Source of the DNA: Hormiphora californensis
Lineage: Eukaryota; Animalia; Ctenophora
Reading direction: 5' to 3'
DNA: 64,000 nt
NCBI GenBank assembly: GCA_020137815.1
Contig: CM035353.1
Coordinates: forward strand, 1,736,001 to 1,800,000
The translations under genes were made by a program, and so were the position numbers. Shown here piece after piece: positions 37,095-49,734 of the stretch (positions are counted from its first letter, which is position 1; each line of letters begins with the position of its first letter). Under the pieces are notes generated by a model, which was not told the DNA's origin, did not search any database, and worked only from the letters and a program-made list of their open reading frames with translations.

Positions 37095-39590
37095 TCTCCA
37101 AACTTATTCTCCAGCAGCTCCCGAATGTGGTATGGTTTATGGCAAGGAGCTCCGTCCTGCTGCCAGAATGCATTGGTACTACCGTCAAGATTCATTTAAG
37201 CCGATCAAAACGGTTCTGGGTCAGAGAACTTGTGGGGAGGTCCGGATGATGCTCGCCTCCTCTTCCTCGACGCCGGTGGAGGGGATGGTTGTTGGGCGGG
37301 TTCCACGTCGGATGAGGATGGTTGTTGGGCGGGTTCCACGTCAGATGAGGATGGCTCCGGGGTTGGATCCAGGGCAGGTGAGGATTGATTCGGTCCAGGC
37401 CGGTAGGAATCGGAGGGGATGGTGGTGTCGATTGTTGGGCAGGTTCCTCGGTGAATCGGTGATGATCCGTACAATTACTACGACGCAATGAACGTAACGA
37501 ATGGGTTAGAGATAACCGGACGGCACTCGAAGATGGACCGTTCAAGTATCAAGTAAGTAAGTAAGAATGAATCCTAAATGAACTTGAAAACAAAAAAGGT
37601 ATTCCAAACCGGAATTTCACAGTCGCCTTTGGGTAACGATTTCCTTTCAAACGCGACTAATTTTAGCTCAATTGGACTACCACAAGAGACACAGTGGCCA
37701 CTTTTCCGACACTAGGTCTGGTCAAGTGACCCCTATTGGACCGCTAGCGTCATTGCTAAGTGCCAATAAGCAGGTGTAACGGTCGCGTATCACGTATCAC
37801 ATCTGCTAATTAGGACGGTATACCGATACAGCGTCCGTTAGAATGGAAGTTCTCTTGCTAACACGTCATAATTTGATGGGGATCACATGACCCAACCTAG
37901 GCTAGATAAACTGGTCACTGTGATTCTTGTGGTGATCCAATTAAGCTCAAACTGGTCGCGTTCGAAAGAAAATCGATAGCCAAACAAATTTGTAAAACTT
38001 TGGTACCAAAATATGGTCCCGTTTTGGCGTTCATTAAATGTTCATTCGGGCGAAAAAAATGAATTTTCATCCAGAGGGCTGAAACTCCGGATTCCTCGAA
38101 TGAGTAACCATACAAATATTGTAACAAAATATCAGGGTGATTGAAATTAAATTTCTAGGAGAAAAGAAGGCCAACGTACCCTTAGTTTTTTTTGGGCCGC
38201 GCGGTACAGCAACACCAAGAGAACTGAGAAGTGCAGAGACAACGAAAAAGACGTTGGAGGTTAGACAGAACCGGTGATCAATCAAAACATGACCAAGTTA
38301 CGCTATATATTTACCAGCAGCTATATATATGAGGCAATTCGTCTTAGCATGGTCAGTGATGAAGCTCCATACTAAGACGTTGCCATGGTGGTAGAGGACC
38401 ATTTGTAAGGAACAGAAGAATTCCGTGGGTTGCTGAATAGATTTGCTACATACAGCCTTCTTCACGTTTCTCGAGAGTTTTCATAACCATGTAAATACCT
38501 AATCAAATATTACATACCCATTATTAGTGTATGCCCATTGTTATTTACACATTATCAGGGAAGTTTTCCCAGCTTGGTCATAACCAGCAAAATCCATTAA
38601 TGTTTCTGCGTTTTCTTTGAAGCCAGCAGACTTTTTCCTGGGTTGGCTTTGTAGGTCCACTCTCACTTTAGCATACCGGGGCGTAAACTTTCATAATGAA
38701 ATTAATCATTATCATCATCGTCCTCCCCCTGCTTGCACGGTGCTTGGTCCAGAAGAACCGGATGCATCTCGTAGCGGCGCTGGTCCACTTCAAAATCGAC
38801 GGGCACTCACCGCTGGTTTTTCCGTCGAGTGAATAAAAAAGTTTCTTTACAAAAAGTTCCACTGTACGTAGCAAACATAGAATGAGTATTAGCCAAAAGC
38901 AAGAATAACAGTGGTCGCTGGTCGGATGTGGAAGAGATGAGGATTGTTGTTGAAGAAATCCTCAAGGGCTGGAAAGACCTAGATTTCGAGCATGTAGCGA
39001 TACGTCCACTGATCAACAGATTTCAAGGGTGAGGCTGAGGTTAAATCCGGGCTCCTCGCTGGATAGTTAAGTTGTGATGAAGGGACCCAGGTTTCTGGTC
39101 GGGTGTCGTCCTCTTCTGGGAAGAAGTACACTGTTACTAAGATTACTATTACTATATCATGATAACTTTGATCACGGTTCTCACCTTCATCAAACTCGAT
39201 CGCACCAACGTCTCTCTTCTAGTTGTAGGAGGAGTAGCTGGTTGATTCCTCTGTCTGCCATTGAACTTGGCGATGATCTTATTCCCAAACTTATTCTCCA
39301 GCAGCTCCCGAATGTGGTATGGTTTATGGCAAGGAGCCTGCTGCCAGAATGCATTGGTACTATACGGTTCTAGATCAGATGTCCGGGGATGTCCGGATGA
39401 TGCTCGCCTCGGGCCTCCTCTTCCTCGACGCTGGTTGAGGGGATGGTTGTTGGGCGGGTTCCACGTCAGATGAGGATGACTCCGGGGCTGGATCCAGGGC
39501 AGGTGAGGATTGATTCGGTCCAGGTGTAGGAACCGGAGGGGATGGTGGTGTCGATTGTTGGGCAGGTTCCTCGGTGACTCGGTGATGATG
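37095..39590. repeat. Direct duplication (37095-37465 vs 39283-39590) with Pro/Ser-rich internal repeats
   Basis: Near-identical CCAAACTTATTCTCCAGCAGCTCC...GGCAGGTTCCTCGGTGA. Confidence 0.85.
37625..37985. mobile_element. Degenerate fold-back element
   Basis: CGATTTCCTTTCAAACGCGACTAATTTTAGCTCAATTGGAC.. vs ..GATCCAATTAAGCTCAAACTGGTCGCGTTCGAAAGAAAATCG. Confidence 0.6.
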
Positions 39591-41150
39591 TCCTCCTCAC
39601 TGAAGCGCACCGTGTGAGGGCTTGCTTGAAAATCTCCGAAACCGTCAATTATAATTAACTAATTACAATTACTAATTAATTAGTAGCCCGCCGGGTTTGT
39701 TTATTACAGCGTAGGGGGTGTTATACTGGATCCCTTCCTTGACAAATAAGCCTCACGAAGATCCGAGTCCTTTCCTAGAGGTTCTAACTTATACATTAGA
39801 GTTAGTTAACTCATACATATTAGATTTCAATTAATCAATATTATTCAATTACTTAAAATCATATAAAATTAATTATAATCACATAAAATATTTTAGGAAA
39901 CTAACTTCCTAAATACAGCCGGAGCCATAGTTACTGGATCGGTAGGATGACCCATCGACAAAGTGGACCCCTTAATTACTCGTCTCCACTTTCCATGCCT
40001 ACCCACGTTCTTTAACATTTCGTTGCAGTTCTTGGTACTGCTTTTGAGTCAACATATTATATAATATGTAGCTATATTAACCTTCAAATATAATTGATAA
40101 TGAATGTCACGATCAATCAATGTTAGTATTCTCTCCTACTATCATTACATTTCCTGAAAATCTAATGAGCGAATCGGTGGTACAGAATCTCCTTGTTCTT
40201 ACCTGCTGCAGTCGGTAGGAAATTTTGATGGTAATTTAGAAACTAGATAGTTATGAAAGTGTACATTTAGAAATGATCAGAAATCCTTTGTGAGTTGGGT
40301 AAAGCGCAAAATGGTGCCACTACCACACTCAAACATTTGCTCTTGCTACTATGTAGTTATGTTTGTATGTCACCAGTGTTGATGACATTTTTATATAAGT
40401 CTCTTGTCCTTTTTTACCCATACAAACTGTAAACAACCTGTGCCCGGAGAAAGCGACCCATAGAACTCCCATAGAAATTCCTCAATATTGCTTCTTCATC
40501 ACACTGTCTTTATTTCTGGCTTTAGTAAACACACAGGTGACAGAACGCGGCTTTCCCCCCGTAACTGTCACAGACAAAATCCAAGCGTCCCTCAAAATCT
40601 TAAACAAGTGTCTCATGTGTCCTTTAAACATTATATCCCAGTAAACATTATATCCCAGTAAACATCGTATCCCGGTAAAAATTATCCCAGTAAATTCAGT
40701 AGACAGTTGGGTGATCGGATAATTGTTTATTAGCCTCATGTCTGATAGTCAGAGTTTTTATTATTCTCTCTGGGCTGAACGAATGAACCAATAAAAAATC
40801 TGAATATGAGTAAATTCATTTTTGCAAAAATCAAGTGTCTCATGTGTCCTTTAAACAATGTCACCACGCTTCAACGCTTGTTTTTTGGGAACCTCGTAGC
40901 ATTTCTTTTTCAGTTCTCTCTGCAGGCTGCGGTTGATAGCTGAAGGATGTTGGCGGTCCCGTCCTTCTTTAGATGCTTGTCTCTGAGCTCAATAGTTGTA
41001 TATAGTTACCAGACGCGGCTTGTCAAATGTTCGATCCATCTCCTCGAGGAGATGGATCGAACATTTGTACTCGCCTGTAAAATAGAAAGAGAAAGCTTTT
41101 CTAAAGATAGCCAGAGAGATTCGGGAAGAGCTTCGAAATACAAATAAATA

Positions 41151-42715
41151 CAAGGTGGGCCACGGATTGTTGGTAAGGGTTAGCGAGTTGTCCCGTCAAA
41201 ACGGTGATAGTTGCGAGAATAAAAATCATGGGAGCACTCTGGATCAATTTCTTGGTAACTTTTTCCATAATTTTTTGTCAAAAATTCGAAAATTCATTTT
41301 TCATTCCTTCATTCATTTCTCGTTCATTTATGATGTGAGCATCCTAATTTTCCATCATGGTGCTATTTTTCTTTGGCTTGAATTTATTTTTCCAATGAAC
41401 ACCATAAAAATGAAATTGAAGCACCAGGTCACGTTGCAGTTGAGAAAATGCTCATGCATGATTTTGGCTCTTCCTGCGACTTTCAATGAGCTGTATCACG
41501 GCTCCCTTTTGTTCAATCTTTTTCAAAATTTGGGTGAACATTGGATAAACAAAGATCTTTGCTCACAAGAAAAATCAAGGTCAAAACTCAAAGTTCATTT
41601 TTCATTTTTGGTAGTTCATTCCACTCATTCAGGAACTAACATCCCTAAAGTCATGAAAAGTTTTGGGTTTTGTTTGGCCTATGCTCTGCAATGCCAGAGA
41701 GGTGTTGTAGCGTGATTCCGGGCTAGTTTTTGGGTGTCCATGTGATCATGATGATACTTGACACCTTATTTGGGCCATAATTAAGAGATTTTCTCAAGTT
41801 GAAGCATGTTACTTGGGTTTTCTGTGATTGATATCGTGAAACAATGTTATGGGATCCCATAGCACCCCTAAAATGATGATTAATTCAACAAAATGGGTTG
41901 ATTTATGATCGAAATTGTTCGTTTAGTTAAGTTTGTCTTCGGTTTAAATCTTTTCAATAATAAATCAACTCATTTTGTTGAAATAATCATCATTTTAGGG
42001 GTGCTATGGGATCCCATAACATTTTTTCACGATATCAATCACAGAAAACCCAAGTAACATGCTTCAACTTGAGAAAATCTCTTAATTATGGCCCAAATAA
42101 GGTGTCAAGTATCATCATGATCACATGGACACCCAAAAACTAGCCCGGAATCACGCTACAACACCTCTCTGGCATTGCAGAGCATAGGCCAAACAAAACC
42201 CAAAACTTTTCATGACTTTAGGGATGTTAGTTCCTGAATGAGTGGAATGAACTACCAAAAATGAAAAATGAACTTTGAGTTTTGACCTTGATTTTTCTTG
42301 TGAGCAAAGATCTTTGTTTATCCAATGTTCACCCAAATTTTGAAAAAGATTGAACAAAAGGGAGCCGTGATACAGCTCATTGAAAGTCGCAGGAAGAGCC
42401 AAAATCATGCATGAGCATTTTCTCAACTGCAACGTGACCTGGTGCTTCAATTTCATTTTTATGGTGTTCATTGGAAAGATAAATTCAAGCCAAAGAAAAA
42501 TAGCACCATGATGGAAAATTAGGATGCTCACATCATAAATGAACGAGAAATGAATGAAGGAATGAAAAATGAATTTTCGAATTTTTGACAAAAAATTATG
42601 GAAAAAGTTACCAAGAAATTGATCCAGAGTGCTCCCATGATTTTTATTCTCGCAACTATCACCGTTTTGACGGGACAACTCGCTAACCCTTACCAACAAT
42701 CCGTGGCCCACCTTG
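41151..42715. mobile_element. 1.56-kb fold-back element (TA-flanked, ~750-bp arms)
   Basis: TA|CAAGGTGGGCCACGGATTG ... CAATCCGTGGCCCACCTTG|TA; arms nearly identical with a few substitutions. Confidence 0.93.
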
Positions 42716-42756
42716 TACATACATATCATATAATATGTAGCAATTATTTGATTACC

Positions 42757-42940
42757 CAGTATAACTCCAGGTTGGATAAAATGTGTGGCGAACACTCCGA
42801 TACCAGCATTTGGTATACTCGAATCGGCCAACTTCACAAAACTCGGAACCTTGCTGGATCCTTAGTTCCCTGCCTAGTAACCACTTTGGCCATGTTCTTC
42901 ACAGACATCCAGAACATAGTCTCTGCACCATGGACAGTGT
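42757..42940 (-). pseudogene. PRDM7/9/11-like zinc knuckle plus start of PR/SET domain (disrupted)
   Basis: HCPWCRDYVLDVCEEHG..(2 stops)..VKLADSSIPNAGIGVFATHFIQPGVILG; GT donor, with a likely next exon at ~41076 (..G EYK). Confidence 0.65.
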
Positions 42941-45287
42941 CTATTGGACACCCGGTGAATTATATGTTTGTTAAAGAAGTAGGATTATATCAGATCAACA
43001 GGGGTTAGACAAAGCTAACCTTTGATATGTTTCAGAGTCTATTGTCGACATGTTTATTATGAAAGAGTTTTTTCTGTTTTTATAAAGATGGCTCTTAAAT
43101 GGACTATGGAGTTTCAACAGGCGGTGCAACGAGTGACAAAATTTGGTGCAGATGAAGCAGTAGGTTCTGGTGGGTCACTAAACCTGGTAGGATTCTGCCC
43201 TGGGTCGTTAGACGGAGGTATAGCATCATAAACAAAACGTTTAGACCTTTCCTGACGATTATATTTAATAATACTAAGTATATTTAAAGCAAATGGAATA
43301 GAATTGGAAAGATTGTTATAAACAGTTTCAAAAGGTTTCCAATTTCAACACGTCTATAGATCTTGAGGGCTTTCCGCGAAAGGTGTTGATGTAGTTGACT
43401 GTTTTTTTGACATTTTTGCCAATCCCTACTATAAAGCCAAATCAAGCAAACCAATGTCAAAAAGGTGGCTCATCTAAACTGCTGCAGTCCGAAGGTACAG
43501 GCGGGAATCAGTTGGTTTCCTATACAAGCGGTATTTCAATCCATGGTTCACCAGGGTGAGGGTGATTTTATAAAATTAGTTTAGATAACATATATATATT
43601 CAATTAATCTTACTTATAATATGGAAACGGTACATACTACATGAACCAAGAATGTTGGCTCACATATGTACTGTTGCCACTAGCTGTTACTTCTAAGTCT
43701 GCGGTGTTGACTTCCAATATTCGGTCCCATGTGATCCAGTGAATCTATTCGGTATCAATTCCCATAGCACTTCCCATAAACCTATCAGTGGTACATTCTA
43801 GATGCATTAAAAATATTTCTCTCTCCAACTCGCTACCTCTCTCCAGGCCCATGCTCCTCCTCTCTAATCTCTGCTCCTCCTCCCATTCAATCCAATACAT
43901 CTCTTCGGTATATTTTTGATATCTCTCTCTCCTCTTAGGAGTCCTCGGGGTTGAATGGGTGTCATGAGAATCCCCTTCCTCAATGAATGTGGTAAACTCT
44001 AACACCGACTTCATGAGTGGGATTGTTAGGGATAGCGGGACTGGGGAGGATGTTACTCGTGGCTGAAACCTCTCTGCTGGCTCATCCACCGTCATCGCAT
44101 TTTGTAGGGCTCGTACTGGCGTTGAGGCCGATAGAGGGTCAAAGGTGTAGGAGGAGGAGATCTCCAACGATTCCTCCATTGAAGGTTCCTCGAGTTCTAT
44201 AATTAAGGACTCTTGGACAGGCGAGATACTGAGATCAGTGCTGGAGATAGTAGAAGACATGATGGTAGAATGATCTCTATAATGGCAGACTCCTCGGCAA
44301 AGGAGATGTGTAGTCGAGAGTTGGGCATGATGGCGTTATTTTTTATAATAACAGGTGACAATCCATATCTATTAGAAGGCAAACTTTTTTGCACCCGTTT
44401 TTTAGTTCCAGTTGTACATATATCGTCTTCCTGTTCTGTGTATAGGTCTAGTCGTAGGATCATTGTATCGGGTTTTTACACTTCCTATCAAATTAAGGAG
44501 GGAATTTAATTGGAAAGGTTGGATAAATATAGTAAAAAAACCACACACACACCCAGTTCTCTACAGGGTAGAGTTCGGGGACACCATCATGGTTAATCAG
44601 TTTCATTGTGTTGGGTGGTACTTCCTCATTCTCTAACCACTCTATTCTCGCTGTTCTTTCCACACTCTTCGGGCCTTCTCGGAAAGGTACCGATCTTGCT
44701 CCATGGTTTTGACACGGTTTTAAAATAATTCCGCACGGGTTTCCCGTAGGAAATTTGGAGCATCAACCTGTCGACATCCAAGGACAGACGGTGTCAGGTT
44801 GGTGTCTGGGTATATATAACAGAGTAATAAATAAATAGTAGGATTACAAGGAGTGTGGTGGTGTTTGTCATGGTGAGGTCCTGACTGAAGGCGGTGTTGA
44901 GCACGGCACCGGTGGGGGTCTCGACGTCCATTAGGGGAGGTAAAGTATAGCTCTTACACAAGTAATTACGGCTTCATGCTTCCAGTGCCTTCCTCCTTAC
45001 TGCTTTTTCCTGAATTAATGATAATAATGTTTTTTTTAAATACTATTCACGGGGTCGAGAGATGTGAGTGATATAAGCTTGGGAGTTGGATGTTAGTATA
45101 GAAAATCGACAATAGAAAGTACAACAAAATTACGTTTTTTACTTCTTTCGACCGATATGATATTGTATTTTAGCATCTTTTGTGTTATGGCAGAAGAAGA
45201 ATCAATATAAAATATCAAACATGTAAAAATAAAATCAATAAAATCACTCAATATAAAATATCAAACATATAATATCACTCAACACAT

Positions 45288-45490
45288 TTACATTTGCAAG
45301 CCAGAATACAGGGCAGGCCAAGTTTTTGGCATTTACATCTGGTACATTTAGTTTCCCGGCACTTCACCTTCAACAGATCAAATTTGTCCTTGGCATCGAT
45401 GGACTGCCAAACAGGGCTACAATCATGGTCCCATCTCCACTCTTGGGGGGCTTGGTTTGGAAGATCTGTACAGTTAGAATGTCCCTATAA
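45288..45490 (-). mobile_element. Academ-like C-terminal Cys-rich (Cys8/CXC) domain fragment
   Basis: P.EWRW..PVW..LLKVKCRETKCTRCKCQKLGLPCILACKC. Confidence 0.6.
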
Positions 45491-45691
45491 CAGATATTAA
45501 GATGCTTTATATGCCGCCCTACTGCAGTGAAGCGTTAGAGCGTCTGGTCCTGGTGGGAGGGCTGAGATGTCCGTTATACATTCCCTATTTCAATCCATGG
45601 TCCACGAGGGTGATTTTACACAATTAGATAAAATATATATATATACAAATCGGAGCTTGTAATGGCCAAATGTTTATGAGCCGCATGAAGA

Positions 45692-46766
45692 TATATAGTG
45701 TTAGTAGAGTATACCGGCGGCCTCTAGGGTTGGACAACATGTAAAACACTGTGGTTTGTTAACAGTTTCGGCGTCAACGCCTTCTTCAGAACTAAAGAAA
45801 ATGGTAACTTTACAAAATGAATATATCTCGATAGATCAACTAAATAAATTACTAAAACACAACTAAAGACTAAAACGACCACAAGTACTAAAAACGACTA
45901 CAACGACCTAAAAACGACAAATAACTACTAAACCCAAAAACTAGAGAACAAACTATTAAACGAACACACAGATTGAGTGAACACCTCCGAGCGGCGGGAC
46001 GTCCTTCGTCCTACCCTAACAACGCCATGGGTCAGCACTACCTCCAGGTACACCCCTCCCAACCTGCCGATATCTCTCTAACAATTTTAGGAATTGAGAA
46101 GAAAACAGTACGGAGGAAGGCACTGGAGGCAGTATTGATCACATCACATTCACCCTCCCTCAATGACAAACTTGAACTACAAACGACAGTTACCCATACT
46201 TGTCCCCCCGCCCCCCCCCCCCTAACCCCCTAGCTCCTTGAATTTTTGGTTTTATTAGCGTTTATTTATTTATTATTCTATTTGTGTTGGGTTCCGATTC
46301 AGCGTCCCGTAGCGTGGCCCCTAGGATGGTTAACCACTATAATACTGGGTGCAAGCTGTAACATATATTGCAGCCTGTCCAACCTAGTATAACCGGTTTT
46401 TTCCCTCTGGTGAGTTATACCATATTTGGGTGCACCTCCCTTGCTCTCTCTTTCCCCCCCCTCTTTTTTCTTGACCCGGTTTTGACCTGTGTGTTCGTTT
46501 AATAGTTTGTTCTCTAGTTTTTGGGTTTAGTAGTTATTTGTCGTTTTTAGGTCGTTGTAGTCGTTTTTAGTACTTGTGGTCGTTTTAGTCTTTAGTTGTG
46601 TTTTAGTAATTTATTTAGTTGATCTATCGAGATATATTCATTTTGTAAAGTTACCATTTTCTTTAGTTCTGAAGAAGGCGTTGACGCCGAAACTGTTAAC
46701 AAACCACAGTGTTTTACATGTTGTCCAACCCTAGAGGCCGCCGGTATACTCTACTAACACTATATA
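45692..46766 (+). mobile_element. 5'-truncated Penelope-like element with inverted pseudo-LTRs
   Basis: ~280-bp inverted repeats (45692-45971 / 46487-46766) around the GIY-YIG C-terminus RLSEHLR..GQHY..H..ILGIE..RRKALEAVLI..PSLN. Confidence 0.85.
46662..46703 (+). ncRNA. Minimal type I hammerhead ribozyme (inverted copy at 45755-45796)
   Basis: UUUAGUU-CUGAAGA-A-GGCG-UUGA-CGCC-GAAAC-U-GUU-AACAAA: catalytic core, stem II and short stem I present. Confidence 0.7.
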
Positions 46767-47559
46767 TACAAATCGACCCTACTCTTATCTATCAAGGCGA
46801 GATTGGCCACTTTTCGGACCCTGGAGTAGTTGGCGTACGATACTCGGTACACTGTATGACAGTTGTATCCTTCGAAGACTTCCTCCGTTTGCGTGGGGTC
46901 CCCGACGTTGCTCTTTTTCTCTTCCTTGATTATAGGTCGTAGGATCATGTGCAGGTGTCGGTTTTGGCATTAAAGATCCTCAGAATTTCTAATAGTGTAG
47001 GACTGTTTAGGACTGTATAGATCTATGTGGGATCTATGAAATTATATGCTTCAGTTCTTACTGCCTTTGATTAAGGTTATTTATTTTATCTATTATCTAT
47101 TTTAAATACTTATTTTCTTCAATGTTAGTGAGGTAGACCCCAAGGTAGGACAGTAAATTTACAGACTTTCTTGTCGGGCTGGAGCTCAGTGTTGATGTCT
47201 CCAAGGAGGGAAAAAGGTGGAGGGGGAAGGCTATCCGTGTCCACAATGGGTGTGGGAGAGGAGGTCATCATTATTTAGCTCCGGTCGTCCATCACCCCGG
47301 GTGTGGTTGAAACAAGATAGGGGAAGTGAGGTAACGAAGGGACGACACACGGATATGGGAGAGTAATTTCGTAGATAGAATCTACATCATCAGTCCTAAT
47401 AAAATATGGAATGTTAGAGCACACACTCTCGGAAAATATAAATATAAATCGAAATATAAATTATGGTGTTCCTGATTTCAGGAGGGAGCTCATAAATGCA
47501 GAGGAGTGCCGGAACAGCAGAAATCTTCGCAGAATCAAACGAGCTCACCCCATCCACGT

Positions 47560-48200
47560 TGCACCCTAGGGATAGTAATTTGGAATGGGGGACCTCGATC
47601 TGAACTGCTCCTTCAGCTCTATATATCTCGTGCTCTGGTGTACATCTTCAATATATCCATCTGGCACTTTTCGCATTTTTTCCTGGTAATCGAAAATCGT
47701 ATCCCGCACGGCAGGGCATTCTACTAATTCTTCTTCAGTTGTTCTGTAACAGAAGATTGCACAAACGTGCACTCTTCATTATAATGCATTATCATTCCAT
47801 TATTCTGTGGCGGTGCGATACAAAGTGACCGTATATATCCTTCCGACCTGGTCTGTCAAAGATCAACGGTATAACCTCTTGGCTCTTATTTCTTATCAAA
47901 TACTCCAAAATATATTTCTGAATGTGTTTAATATACCTGTCAGTTCGTACAGGTATATTTTGAAGAGTTCTGGTGACATTGGATGACCCTGCTGAGTGCC
48001 AATGAGCACTTCAATTCGTTCTGATAGTTTCCTGAGTAGCTTTATTTTGGCTGAAGAGCTGGTGTACATATCTTCCAGGACGCCAAAAAAGTTATCTCGG
48101 ACCCCGTACCTCCAGAGCTTGAACAGAAGGGCTTCACGGCATACTGTGTCAAACGCCTTAGAATAATCAATGAAAGCCGAGTAAAGTCTAGCCGGCCTCG
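47560..48200 (-). mobile_element. LINE ORF2 fragment (RT plus degenerate C-terminus)
   Basis: YSAFIDYSKAFDTVCREALLFKLWRYG..IEVLIGTQQGHPMSPELFKIYL. Confidence 0.85.
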
Positions 48201-48309
48201 ACCTTTCTAGGTTGTCACGCGTATTTCTCCAATATGGTTCTCAGGGTTAGCACGTGGTCCGCCGTTTCTGCCTCTTTGGTGCATTGCAGTTGATGAGACC
48301 GAAGATGAT

Positions 48310-48395
48310 GATACAGTTTTCCTATACAGCTGCCAAGCGTAATAGCTCTGAAATTGTCTGGCTGTTCCCCTTTCGGAACTGTGCAGTACGAGGGG
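48310..48395 (-). mobile_element. LINE RT micro-fragment
   Basis: KGEQPDNFRAITLGSCIGKLY. Confidence 0.7.
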
Positions 48396-49734
48396 CACCT
48401 ATAGCGACAGACACGACTGGATAGCCGGGTACTTTCATATTTTCGTAGAAACCAATTTTTATGCAGGTCTCTGTCATGTACTATATTCTCCGGGTAAATG
48501 TTGCCGAACAGTTTTCCGGTGTTTAAATTTGTCGAGAGTATATAAGGTCGTGGTTACAACTTTCGAATGCCTTACTGAAATCGAAGTAATGTATCGCTTG
48601 ACTATTCAATTTCGGTGTATAACATCATCATCAGTAGCTAAGATCTACTCTGTTCTCTTCGATCTCCTCACACGGTCACGACGGTTTTGTGTAACTCGTC
48701 TCCTACCAGTGACACTCTGTGTTCGATTACGTACGATAATGCCTTGTCAGTTTTGCCTTCACTCTAAATTACCTATTTAGAATCAAAGGAAAGGCAAAAC
48801 TGACCCAAGGCAAAACTGTCAACACCTGGGGTAAACCGCAGTTTTGCCTTCGATAAATATAACGAAGGCAAAACTGATGTTGACAGTTTTGCCTTTACTT
48901 CGAATATAGATTACAGGACAAATTAAACAATGTAGTTTGTTAGTCTGAATAAAATAAATCTGAACAAATCTGAACTCTGAATTTTACAATATTACACACA
49001 CTTTAAACAAGACGGCTCAATGATCGGCAGTATAACGCTGTTCCAACAAGTCCGTAGTTGGTAATGGCCTTCTTAATCTGTTCATCATTGTCCAGGTATT
49101 TATCCTCTTTCTTGCTCCAGATACTGTTCCAGTCAGGCAGTGTTCTATGTGAATTGTGGATCTCCGCCTGCTTGTTGAACTGGGTAAGAGCTTCTGTATG
49201 TCCAGCAGAGGGTCCAGTAGGATTGGTTGCAATATCTGAGTGGCTAGGACAGGTTGTGCAGGAGTACTGGAGGATGAATGTCCCGTCAGGTTTGAAGGTG
49301 AGATTGTCCAGGAGGGTCTTGGTGCATAGAGTACAGTCGCCAAAACTAGAAGAGGAAGAACTCATGTTGTGTCAGAAATAAACTGCCGCCTCGTCTCTGT
49401 TTGGCCGGCCGGCCGGTATTCCCTTTAAAATATAATCTTCCCTAGGATCGGAGCTCCGTTCTCCTTCCACATGTATCGCTCGAAATTTCCTCCGTTTTGT
49501 TGAATACAAGCTGCCGCGCTTTTCTTCACTGAGTGGCGGCCCTGGTATATAGAGAAGGCTAGTGGTCGAAGCAGCTCGCTCAATAGCCGCTCGATGGAAA
49601 TGTTCATAATATTTTTTATTCTACATAATATTTTTATTCAGTTGGTTCTTGTTGCTCAATAAATCAGTTGATAATCGTTAGTACTGTAATTATGAATCCA
49701 ATGATAGGCAGATAGGAAGACAAATCATTTCCCT

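Noticed and set aside
41155-42837. 186-aa and 228-aa ORFs with matching sequence
   Set aside because: They are mirror translations of the fold-back arms; only the first ~28 aa of the minus ORF are SET-like
43745-44463. Ser/Glu-rich ORFs as a host gene
   Set aside because: Low complexity, frameshifted and without a recognisable domain; probably a TE accessory fragment that cannot be assigned
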